This document shows, one piece after another, positions 13,890-24,900 of a stretch of 64,000 nt of DNA. Numbering within the stretch: the stretch's first letter is position 1; every line of letters begins with the position of its first letter. The notes under the pieces are model-generated. The model saw only the letters and a list, made by a program, of their open reading frames with translations. It did no database searches and had not been told where the DNA came from. Source of the DNA: Bugula neritina (Eukaryota; Animalia; Bryozoa); NCBI GenBank assembly GCA_964035545.1, contig OZ037765.1, positions 3,978,698 to 4,042,697 of the forward strand, in the 5' to 3' direction. The position numbers were made by a program, and so were the translations under genes.

Positions 13890-16800
13890 GTTTGGTCAAA
13901 ATGATATATATTCCTATCAAATAACACTCGCACTAAAAAATATTTTGGTGATTCAGGTTTCTCGACAAATAAAGCAGTTCCATTTCACTCAGTGGCCTGA
14001 CCACGGAGTTCCAACCACCTCAGGACTTCTCAGTTTCCGACACAGAGTCAAGCAAGACATGTCTGCTAGCTATAAGCCTGCTATTATCCACTGCAGGTAG
14101 GTTGTATCTGCTAGCTATAAGTCTGCTATTATCCACTGCAGGTAGGTTGTATCTGCTAGCTATAAGTCTGCTATTATCCACTGCAGGTAGGTTGTATCTG
14201 CTAGCTGTAAGCCTGCTATTATCCACTGCAGGTAGGTTGTATCTGTTAGCTATAAGTCTGCTATTATCCACTGCAGTATATACATCTGTTCATACCTTCT
14301 AAACAAGAGTGGGATACTTGTAGCGCTGGTGTGGGAAGAACTGGTACATTCATAGGACTGGATATTCTTATAGAAGAAGGTAAGACAACTACTGCTGGTG
14401 GACAAGATGGAACTGTAGATGTGATGAAATGTGTGTATAATATGAGACTTAACAGAACACAGATGGTTCAGACTCACGTATGTATTATCACTCTTATTAT
14501 TATGTCTTACTCTGTTATAAGTATATGTTTGGTGTGATTTTAATGATATAATGATATAATGTATAAGTTATATTTTGCCCTTTTGTTCTTATCAATGTAA
14601 TCTGTATTCTACCAACTGATTCATGTATAATATGCAGTATATCAGTATTTCACTCTATATTTTATGGTTCATATTCTAGGAGCAATACTCTTTCCTCTAT
14701 GAAATAATCGCCGAGGCTTTGGACTGTGGAGATACTTCCATCGTCTGCTCCCAATTCTCTGAAACATTACAGAAAATGCGTCAAGTTAGTCTTTTCTCCT
14801 TCTATTTCAAACATCACATTTTCATGAAAATATACTTCTTATTTTTACGATGTTTTGTTCTTTCTATATGCTCATATCTAGCACCCTTCACTCTGTTGGT
14901 AATGAATGAATATTATTGGTTGTTAGAGACCTGCTAGAGGTCAGAGGTCAGTGTTAGAGCAACAGTTCAGGATGGTCAACGCAGCAACAGCTTCTTCTAA
15001 GCCTCGTCAGTTAATAAGTCCAAACGCAGTTTCCAAAGAAAATGTTGAGAAAAATAGAGATGATACAGTTTTACCCAGTAGGTTCTATGTATCTGGTGTT
15101 TTTTCATCTTCTGTAGTTTTAATGTTTACACTCTGTAAAATTGAGTTATGCGATTTAATAGGGGAAAGCAATCATTTTATTCTACACTATGTCTCAATAG
15201 ACGGTTTTCTCTTCTTTATGTTACAAGTTATTTTCCCATTTTCGATTCCATGTCTCTTTGATTCAATCAATTAATCCAAGCCCATGTTGTGACCAAGTAG
15301 TGTCTATGTAGTCATCACATTGTGTCTTACAGCTGAAAGAAACAGTGTCCTGCTACCATACATTAGTGACTCACGTAATGGCTACATCAATGCAGTCTAC
15401 TGTGATGTAAGTTGAATATCTCTTCTCAATGTGAATGACTTTCCAGCAGATGGCACTGTGCATTCTGTTTGAATAATGGCGCTTTAAAGCTAGTGAATAA
15501 TATACATAATGTATGTAACTCTGTACACAGGGCTACCAGAACAGAAGGGGGTTTATTGTGACTCAGACTCCTTTGACAGATACAGCTGAAGACTTCTGGC
15601 ATATGACAGTAGACAACAAGTGCCCTGTTATAGTTTATCTGAATGACTGTCTGGTATGTAGATACCATTTGTGTAGTCCTCAGCCCTATCTGTCTCATGT
15701 GCTTTAAATTATTCAGCTACTTTTGATTGCGGACCGTTACGAAAAAAGCTGTAATGGTCCGCACACCAAATTAGCTGAATAAATAGGAAAAACATGGGAA
15801 ATCAAGCAAAATTAAAGCAAACTTATTATTTAGGTGTATTTATTGATATTTTACTAGTTTTGGGCAAAAACCCATGTTCATTAGCAACTTAATTGTGAAA
15901 AGTAGCTAAAAACTGGAGATTTCCAGTGTGTACTAAATTAAGTAAAATGACCCATATACACTTGACTGTGATAGACAACTCCTATGTGGTTTCACTTTAG
16001 AATGAGAAAGTCTATTGGCCGACCAATGGAGGTGAGAAGTTTCAGTTTGGTAAAGTAAGCATAGAGAATACATATTCTCAGGAAATACTGAATATGGAGA
16101 CAGGAGGTGGTGTGGAGACTGAGTTGACGTGTACCCATGGCAATGTAAGAGATGGGACAATTTATTTACTTGAAGTTACTTCATAACACAATGATGGTGT
16201 TTGAACGGATTATTAATTTTGTAACTTAGAATCAGACTATATTTCTTTTTTCATGAATTCATAATAATTATTATGACTTATGGTTAACTAATTGGTTAAC
16301 TCATTGGTATAGAATGTAGTTAGTATACTAAGGCATCATCAAGTAGACATTTGCAGCTTATTTCTGTGCATCAGAACTACCTGGTGACTTCAGTGCTTCG
16401 GAAGACCGATGGTCTGTCAAATAAAGTAACAAAAAATTTATCAAGTCATAGACTTTAAAAATAATAATTGGTGGACTTTTGACAATAATAATAGACGCTA
16501 GACGAAACACTTAGAATCAAGTTGTGCTTGATTCTGGTCAGATATTCAGCCTAAAAATGACATTTGATAATTCATAACTGTGGGAGACCGTCTTTAATAA
16601 TATGCTGCTTTGCTGGTGCATTGACTTATTTGGTTTATTGATATGAATTGTGAATATCTATGGTATTACTGCTAATATATATTGTGATACTACTATATAG
16701 GTAATGCACATAACAGCTCTGTTTTGACCAACATTTTAATGATTTGTGAACTTTTTGTAGACCAGCCATGAAGTTACTCTGTTAGAAGTGAAGATTGCTG

Positions 16801-18010
16801 ATGGTAGACTACTTTCAACCAATCAGCTTACAGCTCTCTGTAATAAACTAGAGAAGTATACAACTGCAGGTCATCCCCCCATTACAGTACAGTGTCTGTA
16901 AGTTACCTTCCCCCCTCCCTCCTCCTATCAGCAGCATATCTGTGATATTTGTAAACTCTAATATGACTCTAATATATGCATAATTTCAACCTGTGATCTT
17001 ATGAAAGCAGTTTTGTAAAATTATTATATTCAGTTTGGAATTATCATCACTTGTCTGTCAAAAGATATGAATACAGAGTAATTATCCTCCCTGTGTTGTA
17101 GTAATGGTAGTAGACTGAGTGGTATTCTAGTGATAGCCATGAATCTCTACCTCAGAGCTCGTATGGAACAGGAAGTTGATGTTGTTTTGGAGGTGAAACT
17201 GGCTCGTAGAAGTAGACCTCAGTTTATAGCTGACTCGGTAAGTTCTCTACTCATCACACAGTCTCTATGAACATACTCTCTCTTTATTTTACTTTATAAA
17301 GACTCGATCTGTGAATATACTAGTGAGAAACTACAGTGTTTGCTAATTGGGTTGTGGTCAATCACTTATGAATGTATTTAATTACAATTACATGAGAATT
17401 TGTCAATTGCAATTACAATTATAATTACAGTTGAAATAAATGTGCTTAATTACAATTACATTGTAATTGTAATTAATTACAATTACTTTTGTTGTCACAG
17501 GAGACAAATAAAAGTTATACAATCTCACTTCTGGGGTCCAACTACCCCGGGCAATTTTTACAACGGAAAACTTTCCTTGTTCTCAACAGTAACGAATAGG
17601 GTGATAAATTTGACATAAAATTAATCTGAACTTTTTATTAAACAGTAGGCAAGGCAGGAAAAATATAAATCTCATAGGATTTTCAAATTTAAAGTAATTG
17701 CTATATAATTATAAAGTAATTGTAAAATTTAATTACATTAGCAATGTAATTAATTACAATTACATTTTTATACATAAATTACAAATTTCATGCAATTACT
17801 TAAAAAATGTAATTAATTACAACCAATTACAATTGCAAATTACAATTACTCCAACCTTGCTGCTAAATATATTATTTTAATATCTTCATTGTGAAATATA
17901 AAATTGCATATACTTATTAAAATTCAATGTTTTAGGAGTCGTTTGACCTTCTCTATGAATTTGTGTCCTCTTATCTCTCTGACTTTAATGATTACTCCAA
18001 CTTCCGCTAG
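791..18010 (+). CDS. Receptor-type protein tyrosine phosphatase, tandem copy 1 (PAN-PAN-unknown-FN3-like-TM-PTP D1-PTP D2), ~1497 aa, 28 coding exons
   Basis: Manually spliced GT-AG exons: 791-842 (signal peptide MVLLKLQVAVFVLATVD), 1919-2173, 3288-3551, 4130-4627, 6005-6322, 6621-6718, 6976-7162, 7354-7466, 8577-8787, 9071-9442, 9585-9738 (TM), 9822-9892, 10484-10722, 11481-11565, 12031-12101, 12399-12435, 13289-13386, 13471-13602, 13957-14096, 14324-14477, 14680-14784, 14927-15077, 15333-15406, 15531-15653, 16001-16144, 16761-16897, 17102-17237, 17936-18010. Phases are consistent and the total is 4494 nt. D1 motifs: NRFKNI, DYANANYI, FIACQGP, IVMLT, KCSVYWP, WPDHGVP, HCSAGVGRTG, QTHEQY. D2 motifs: YINA, FIVTQTP, DFW, QCLNGSRLSG. 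Ends DYSNFR*. Confidence 0.9.
10771..10980. mobile_element. Non-autonomous inverted-repeat element with internal GGGTTT/AGGGTT-like repeats (also at ~42078-42285 and ~60811-61010)
   Basis: ggcacaggtggcaaagtaggtaa...ttacctactttccatttgtgcc inverted arms; present in all three copies. Confidence 0.55.
11017..11393. mobile_element. MITE, PIF/Harbinger-like termini (also at ~42323-42680 and ~61050-61427)
   Basis: GGCCTGGCCTCAC...GTGTGGCCAGGCC terminal inverted repeats with subterminal aatcacacaaaatt/atttcgtgtgatt; TA(A)-type flanks. Confidence 0.7.
11771..12012. repeat. 25-bp minisatellite (~10 units) just upstream of the exon 15 acceptor
   Basis: Unit tatatttcatacttgtaatatacta; only about 1-2 units in copies 2 and 3. 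Confidence 0.9.
13612..13886. repeat. (ACT)n microsatellite in intron 18 (shorter ACT/GCT version at ~44737-45000 in copy 2)
   Basis: Directly visible; starts about 9 nt after the exon 18 donor. Confidence 0.95.
14061..14276 (+). repeat. 45-bp minisatellite duplicating the exon 19 end and 5' splice site (4 intronic units plus a partial exonic unit)
   Basis: Unit gtaggttgtatctgctagctataagtctgctattatccactgcag; intronic units 14097-14276. Confidence 0.95.
17348..17859. mobile_element. hAT-like MITE in intron 27, copy 1 only
   Basis: Termini tgggttgtggtcaat...attactccaaccttg with subterminal AATTAC arrays. Degenerate 8-bp TSD ttgctaat/ctgctaaa; the empty site ttgctaaa is in copy 2 (~48826). Confidence 0.7.
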
Positions 18011-18390
18011 AACTTGGCTCTCATCTGCAGCTGTAGGAAGATTTTATCTGATGGATTTACACTACACTATGTCTTCTAGACACACATGCTACTTTTTTCC
18101 ATATTTTGCAAAGTTTGTTATTCAATATTAATACTTTAGGTAATATTTTTGATATTATAAAATGTATTTTTTGATTTCTATTATATTTCTTAGCAAAGTT
18201 AATTATTCAATAGCAATGCTTTATTAAGTAATATTTTTGATATTATAAATTTATGTATTTTTTTATTTCCATTATATTTCTTAGCATATCACGTATGCAA
18301 AGAAACTCTTTTATGCTATTTCTATTTCATAGTTTAATGTAAATTTTGATTTTTGTATTTATCTATTGATGTTTCTAAGTGATTCGATCA

Positions 18391-18396
18391 AATAAA
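18391..18396 (+). terminator. Candidate polyadenylation signal of copy 1
   Basis: AATAAA about 380 nt after the stop; conserved at the equivalent position after copy 2 (~49262). The region is AT-rich, so this is weak evidence. Confidence 0.4.
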
Positions 18397-19469
18397 TTAA
18401 AATGTGATAATGAAACCATCTAAAACTTAAAATGAAAAATGCAGTTAGCAGTGCCTATAATGCTATCTGTCAGCTAAAATTAAGTTGGTGCTACTTTAAA
18501 TTTATTTTATACATCCCTTATCACAATCGGACACAGCTTACACTTTAAATTATCAGTTCAAGCTCATAGCATATTATTTGCCTTTTCTGGCAGCAATTTG
18601 TTTAGATCATTTAATTCTTGCATTTTGAAATTTCACAAGCTTTCCTAAGTTATCTCAATGTTAAGGAGTCATGACTACTCATACAGATATTCCAACCTTT
18701 CTCCCTGACTTACTCCAACTTTCATAACTAATCTATCATCTCAACCAATGAGGAAGCATGATGTGTATTTGTTGGTCATCACATGAGTCCAAAACACGAA
18801 TTCTCCCCATATTGTATATTTTATGATAATGATACAGTTCACAAGACAGTGTTGGCCAGAGACCTGGCACAACGAAGCTGTAATTAACATACTATTCCCA
18901 ACAAATGAGAGACACTACTACTTGCAAATTTAGTAGCTTGTTTTTAAATATTTATATTATTTGAGGAGTTTCAAGATGTAATTTGCTAGCAGTTTCTACA
19001 TTTCATTTTACAGCAAGATGCTCTACATCTAAATAACTATGCAAACTGTAAACACTGCAAACTATTGGTGTTTTATATTCAGTAGTTGTTGATTTACCTC
19101 AGATGCTATACCTGCTTGCAGTATATTAAATTTAGACCCAAACCAAATTACAAGCAGTCTTATTTAACAAAGAGTCACTGTGTTCATACATTGCAAGTAG
19201 TCTTGATCTGCAAAGACTTACTGTGTTCACATCAGCTAAGACCCACACATATAATTTCATGCAGCAAATAATAGCATTCAATGCATAAATTATTACAACT
19301 TGTTTATCAAGATAAGTATCGTCCATGCCTGCAGTATTTTGTTACTTCCATGAAATACTAATTAATAATAAAGGGTCCAAATTTCTTAAATATAAAACAA
19401 AAATGGTGCAAATATTGTTTTTGTTTCATAAACATGTGGTATGCAAACCTTGGCTTATTATTTATAGAC

Positions 19470-19660
19470 TCTATACTTTCTAGTCTATGACTGTGCGCAA
19501 ACTAGTGGGCGTGGTTTAGCCTAACGCTACCTTGGCCCAGTACTCGTTATTTTTATGTTGCGTAGGAATTTAATTCGCGCACGCTCGTAAAAGTTACAGC
19601 GTGCCAAATGCATCATTTTTTTAAATAAGACCGTCTGCATCCCCTCCCCAAAGCGATTTA
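19470..19660. promoter_or_regulatory. Putative promoter/5' region of the repeat unit (upstream of copy 2; duplicate at ~50310-50500 upstream of copy 3)
   Basis: Locally CpG-rich (tgcgc, gggcgtgg GC box, ttcgcgcacgctcg) in AT-rich intergenic DNA and near-identical in both intergenic copies. The ATG exon is preceded by a splice acceptor (ttttctag at 731-738), implying an upstream non-coding exon. Confidence 0.3.
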
Positions 19661-20223
19661 TTAAGCCTTCGACATTTTCAAAGAAATGCCATCATCATCA
19701 TGGGCTTATGGTTCGTTAGTTTCGAAAAGGCATTGAACTAAAACGTCCTTTTCTTTCAATCATCAATGATAGGCTATAGGTTAACAATAACTATTACTTT
19801 TGAAAAGTCTTAGCCTATTACTCAGGGCAGTCTCCGAAAGATAATATTCATTTTCAAAATAATCTTAGTGAAAGGTAGCCAGTTTTGAAAGTAGACAAAT
19901 TAGAATTAAATGACACTCACACTGGCAAAGCTTGAAGTTTATAAATAATCAATTAATTCAAGTTTCAAAGTGACTGACACTGGACAGAAATACAAGTACG
20001 CATAAATATTGTAATTAATATTATCATTTATTTATAACTTGTATGATATCCATATGATATTCAACATTTAGATAACGGCTAAAACTAAAAGTAACTCACT
20101 CACTAGGACTCAGTGGGACTAATTCTAATAGCAATACCAAATACTAATGAAGTAATATAATACTTAATACTAATAGTAATACTAATACTCTGTTCATAGG
20201 CATCCACATACTTATAGTGATAA

Positions 20224-20529
20224 TGTTATGTTTTTCAGATTTAGGGTTTATATGCTATCCAGAGAGTCTATTTATCTAGTATAGAACTGCACCAGGCTAA
20301 GTCGAGTGAACGAGTATATTTTATACACAACTATACATCATAAAAACACGATACATTATTTCTAACAAGTTACACATCCAATCTATTTCACACTCTAGCT
20401 TCGACTGAGTTAGCAGCGGGAAACTACAATTGCTGCTAACTATCAACTACGCTAATTGGCTATCCATTGTTCCGGGTCAATTACGCGACCCTACATGTTG
20501 TGCTGCTGGTAGTTCCACGAACCACCACA
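20224..20529 (-). repeat. 3' LTR of gypsy element 1
   Basis: Direct repeat of 27414-27719; next to the purine-rich tract GGTGGGGGCGG on the minus strand. Confidence 0.95.
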
Positions 20530-20810
20530 CCGCCCCCACCAGCAGAAAGCCATCTTTCTGATATATATATAAAAAAAAACATTCAATAGTAATTGCATAC
20601 ATCAGTGGACAAAAATAATACATAATATACAGGAAGAGACATAATAATACACAGATTCGTTATAACGATCCGTTGCATACAATTGGCCAGCTGTAGATAG
20701 ACGAGGAATACTAGCTAGCTGTGGTATTAGACAAGAAATAACCTGTCTAGCAGTTAAGCATTTGCACGAGTTTGGTTCTTCACCAAATGTGGAGTATTCT
20801 GGGTAGCATA

Positions 20811-21598
20811 CTAGAGTCCTTGTTGGGCACGCCGGTGCTTGGCTTGGCATGTACGCAGTTTCCGTTTCATACGGCATACGGATCCCTTCAGCTGGAAGAG
20901 TCCTGTGGTAGTGTTGAGTAGATCTGGCGCCAGCTGGGTGAACTCTTCTTGTAATCGTAGGAGGCGTTCTTCTACTGTAGCTAGTCGTACTGGGTCTGGG
21001 GACGGTGTCCGTCTGCGGCGTAAGGGTGGACTGGGGGACCTGGTCCGTCTCTTCGCCGGGGTAGGGGAGATCTCTCCTTCTTCTGGATATGTAGTTTCCT
21101 CGGGGGTGTAGGTAATTGGAGGGCGGTCAGACACCAACGGGGATTGTTGGCGGGCGTTGTCTAATACACGTTGGAACCCCGAGGATAGAACGGCTAGTAG
21201 CATGGCCTTCTTTACCAGAGGTCGTATATATGTGAGGAACTCCGGGTACAGCTTAGCGTCGACCACATAGTTTTCTCCAGGGAAACAGCCCACCGCTCTG
21301 TGTCTGGTGACGGGGTAGGGATACACATCATTGTACCCGCAGGGGCAGAAGGTCAGTAGGAGATGAGCATTGACGTGTAGTTTAAGGGAGCGGTGAGAGG
21401 CGCAATCTTCACCACAGATCTGGCATCTCGTCCGTCCTCTGGACCCCCAGGCTGTTTCTATTTCTTCTTCGGTTTGTGGAGACACCCACCGCCAACGGCG
21501 GCGTAGTGGCTCAGGCCGGTCACCACTAGCATAGTCCTCCGGATACGGAGCGGGAAGTGTTCTATCCCGTACCCTGGTTGTAGCGGGTCGAGTGTAAT
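20811..21598 (-). CDS. ORF3 of gypsy element 1: C2H2/C2HC zinc fingers, Arg/Ser-Pro tract and coiled coil; predicted exon 2 of a spliced mRNA (exon 1 = 27382-27340)
   Basis: Open frame with no ATG near its 5' end. Contains C-x2-C-x12-H-x3-H and C-x-C-x12-H-x4-C. TACTAAC branch point (21624-21618) and TTTTTCAG acceptor (AG at 21600-21599); in frame with the AAG|GTGAGC donor in gag. Confidence 0.7.
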
Positions 21599-21911
21599 CT
21601 GAAAAAGTTTCAACAGTGTTAGTACAGTACACTGCTGTGTTGTCAGCTTGAACAGCTTGGCAACTCCTAATTCAGTTACCTCGTAGAGATTAATGATAGT
21701 GAATAGTCAGATAGAACCGTATTGCAATGAGATTATAAAATTCTCTAAGTCAAACTGAGTTCTTACTACGGTATTTCACTAACCTATCTCCAGCTCGATT
21801 GACTCAGTGAGTCAGAGCTGAGCGATGCCATCTAGTTTCGTATTAAGATATAGTTAACTCACCCCACGATCTGTTGTCGTAAAACATACTGAATATGTGA
21901 AATGGTTTGAA

Positions 21912-24900
21912 CTACTGCTTAGAAACACGTCTACTCTTGACTGCATCAGCGTATGAAAAGATCGAGCAACGTGGTTGGGGTGCGTGATTAAGACTTTGTG
22001 CACCCGGCGGATGAATTTTGTTTCTACTTCCGCCGATACAAAAGTTGATATTTCCGTGGTGTTGACAACTCCCACATTTGCTCGATTCTTTTCTCGTACG
22101 GTTTTCCCCTAGACTTTCATGTGTGCCGCTTTTAACGCAGTCACATACGAAGTCCTTCAAGTATGCGGGGGGTTGCCTCGTACGCTGTCCCCTTTCTAGG
22201 GGGGGTGACATGCTTGCCGGTTCGTTAGTAGGGGCCTCTAATGGCGTCTCTACTTCACCGTCAGCAGTCACCTCTTCTTGTTCTCCGGATGGAGCCCCTC
22301 CCTCCGTGGGGGTTTGCACTTCCGGAACCGGCTCGGTTTCTGGAAGTGATGGAATTAGACTTGGCGGTGGCGGACTCGCTTCTGTTGCCAAAAGCTGTCG
22401 CTCCTCTCTCACCAAGTTTTCTTCCCGCGGTATGACCACTTCGTATTCAGGTCCATGCCGCCGTCGCCCGCGCGTTGTTGTCTGCCTCCTGGGCTCTAAC
22501 AACGGGGGGGCTTCTCCCACTCCGCCGGGGCTAGCCCAATACGGTTTCAAGCGAGACTCATTCTGGATAGACACCTGTCCTGAGCGCTCAATCTTGTACG
22601 TATGATTGGGCATAGCCTCGACGACCACGTAGGGGCCTACGAACTTAGGCTTCAGCTTATCAGCCTGTCCGCGGCGCCTACGGTAATTGACCATCCACAC
22701 CTTATCTCCTCTTTGATAGAGGGGTGGTTCATCGGAATCTTCGTGCCGCACCTTCCACTGCTGTTGACGCAGTATCTCGTGTGCGGCCTTCATCCGTTCC
22801 ACTAGTTCACTGGCATACTCGTGAACTGAGTTATCTTGCTCTGGAACGTGATAGGTGAGATGGTCAGGGACACGAGTCTCTCTCCCGAGCATCAAGAGGT
22901 TTGGGGTCTCACCAGAACTGGTGTGTGGGGTGCTACGGTATGCACGCATGACTTGCGGCAACACCGTATCCCATTCCTCTTGACCTCGTCCAAGGAGGAG
23001 ACTCCGGAGCGCATCACCTAGCATCCGGTTGTTGCGCTCCACCACCCCGTTACCTTGAGGGTGGTAGGGGGTGGTCCTGCTCTGATTTACTCCCCAGAGG
23101 TGGCAAAGGTCGCTCATCAGTTGAGACTGGAATTGAGCGCCTTGATCAGAGTGTATCTGTTCGGGAAGCCCAAAATAACAGAATACGTGTTGGTCTAGTG
23201 CCCTGGCCACTGTTGGGGCTGATGCATCTGGGATAGCCAGAGCATCCGCCCACCTAGTAAAGTGGTCGGTTAGTACTAGGATCCAATTATTGCCTCTGGG
23301 GGTCAGGGGCATGGGTCCTACCAGGTCTACAGCGACTACTTGCCAGGGCCTACCAGCATATAGCCTCCGCCGTCCTGCTTCACCAGGGGGGCGGCTATGC
23401 TTACTGGCCTGGCAGATCTCACACTGTTTGACTCTGAGCCGGACGTCACGCTCCATCTGCGGCCAATACCACCGGAGTCGTAATTTGGACATCACTCGCT
23501 TGACCCCTGCGTGGGCCTGCTTGTGAGTATCCCAAATCAACTCACGGCGGATGGCTGTGGGGCAGACTACCCTCTTCCTTTCCGGGTGTCTGCCGCTGGC
23601 AGCTAGAGAGATGGTTAGCAACCCATCCTGCCCGATCCGCAGCGAGTCCCAACGCTGACAGTATAGCCGGAACTCGGCGCATCCCTGTCTTATGCGTTCC
23701 TCGCTGGGTCGTCGCCCTTCCCTTTTGGCCCGGTAGATGTCTGCCACGACTCCAGGCAGCTCTTCTTGGAGCTTCTTCAGCTCTCGAACATTACCGGCCA
23801 GTACAGGGTTGGCGCGGAGGTTTTGTACATCCTCCGGGGACTCATCAACTCTTTGCCTGAGTTGACCTTGATCCCAGTCAAACGGTGCTCCGTGATGAGC
23901 CAGCGTCTCCAACTCGCATCGTGGGGGACCTCCATCCCTCCTCTCGATGTTGAGACACTGTTTGCAACCTCCGTCAGGTCGGCGACTCAACCCATCCGCA
24001 TTGCTGTGTCTCTTGCCCGGTCGGTGTTCGATCCGGTACGAGAATTCAGCTAGGATTTCGAGCCACCGGGCGACCTGACTAGAGGGCTCTGCTCTCCTGC
24101 ACAACCAGATCAGCGAGGCATGATCCGTACGCAGCCGGAACTTCCTGCCATATAGGTATGGTCTGAAGTGCTTCACTGACTTGATTACTGCCAGCAGCTC
24201 CTTGCGGGTAGTGCAGTAATTTCGTTCAGCGGGAGAGAGAGACTTGCTGTAGTAGGCTACTACTACCTCTCGGCCTTCCTGCACTTGCGACAGCACAGCG
24301 CCAACATTCTGGTCACTGGCGTCCGTGTCTAGGATGTACTCCAGAGTGGGGTCTGGGTAGGCCAAGATGGGCGCCGTTAGGAGGCAGCCCTTGAGGCGGT
24401 CGAACGCTTCTTGTTCGACTAGAGTCCACTGCCACGTCACTCCCTTTGCGGTAAGCCGGTTTAACGGCTGGGCTATGCCCGCAAAGTCTGGTATGTATTG
24501 CCTGTAATACCCTACCAGCCCCAAGAAAGCCCGGAGTCCGGTCAAGTCTTGAGGGGTGACCCAGTCTTCTACTGCCCGTACCTTTTCGGGATCCGTTGCC
24601 ACGCCGTTTCGACCGACAACGTGCCCCAGGTACTTGACCTCCGGCTGCAACAGAGCGCACTTGGAAGGTTTGAGCTTAAGACCGGCACCTCGGAGTCTCT
24701 CGAAAACCTCCTGCAGACGACTGACATGTGTCTCGAAGTCTGGAGAGATTACGATGACATCATCGAGGTAGACCAGCAGTGTCTTCCAATGGAGTCCGCT
24801 AAGGACTTGTTCCATCAGCCTCTGGAAGGTGGCTGGGGCGGAGGTTAACCCGAAGGGCAGCACCTTCCACTTCCACAAACCGTCCCGTGTGATAAACGCC

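Noticed and set aside
13480-13920. Poly-Thr, poly-Ser and poly-Val ORFs (mucin-like insert in the PTP domain)
   Set aside because: Translation of an (ACT)n microsatellite between a good donor (13603) and acceptor (13956). The frame stays open in copy 1 but not in copy 2, so intron retention is not a conserved feature.
14061-14276. 45-bp repeats as a CRISPR array, or as protein repeats (AGRLYLLAISLLLST / YNLPAVDNSRLIASR ORFs; also 45125-45869)
   Set aside because: Contiguous units with no spacers and no cas genes in a eukaryotic intron; the ORFs arise because the unit length is a multiple of 3.
20811-21632. ORF3 as a retroviral-type env
   Set aside because: No signal peptide, no fusion-peptide arrangement and no C-terminal TM anchor; it has zinc-finger and basic motifs instead.
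21780-21835. Nearby ATG (minus strand, ~21831) and local donors as the start of ORF3
   Set aside because: That ATG frame stops after 15 codons, and the local donor at 21680/21679 is preceded by an in-frame TAA; the gag donor is the only in-frame solution I found.
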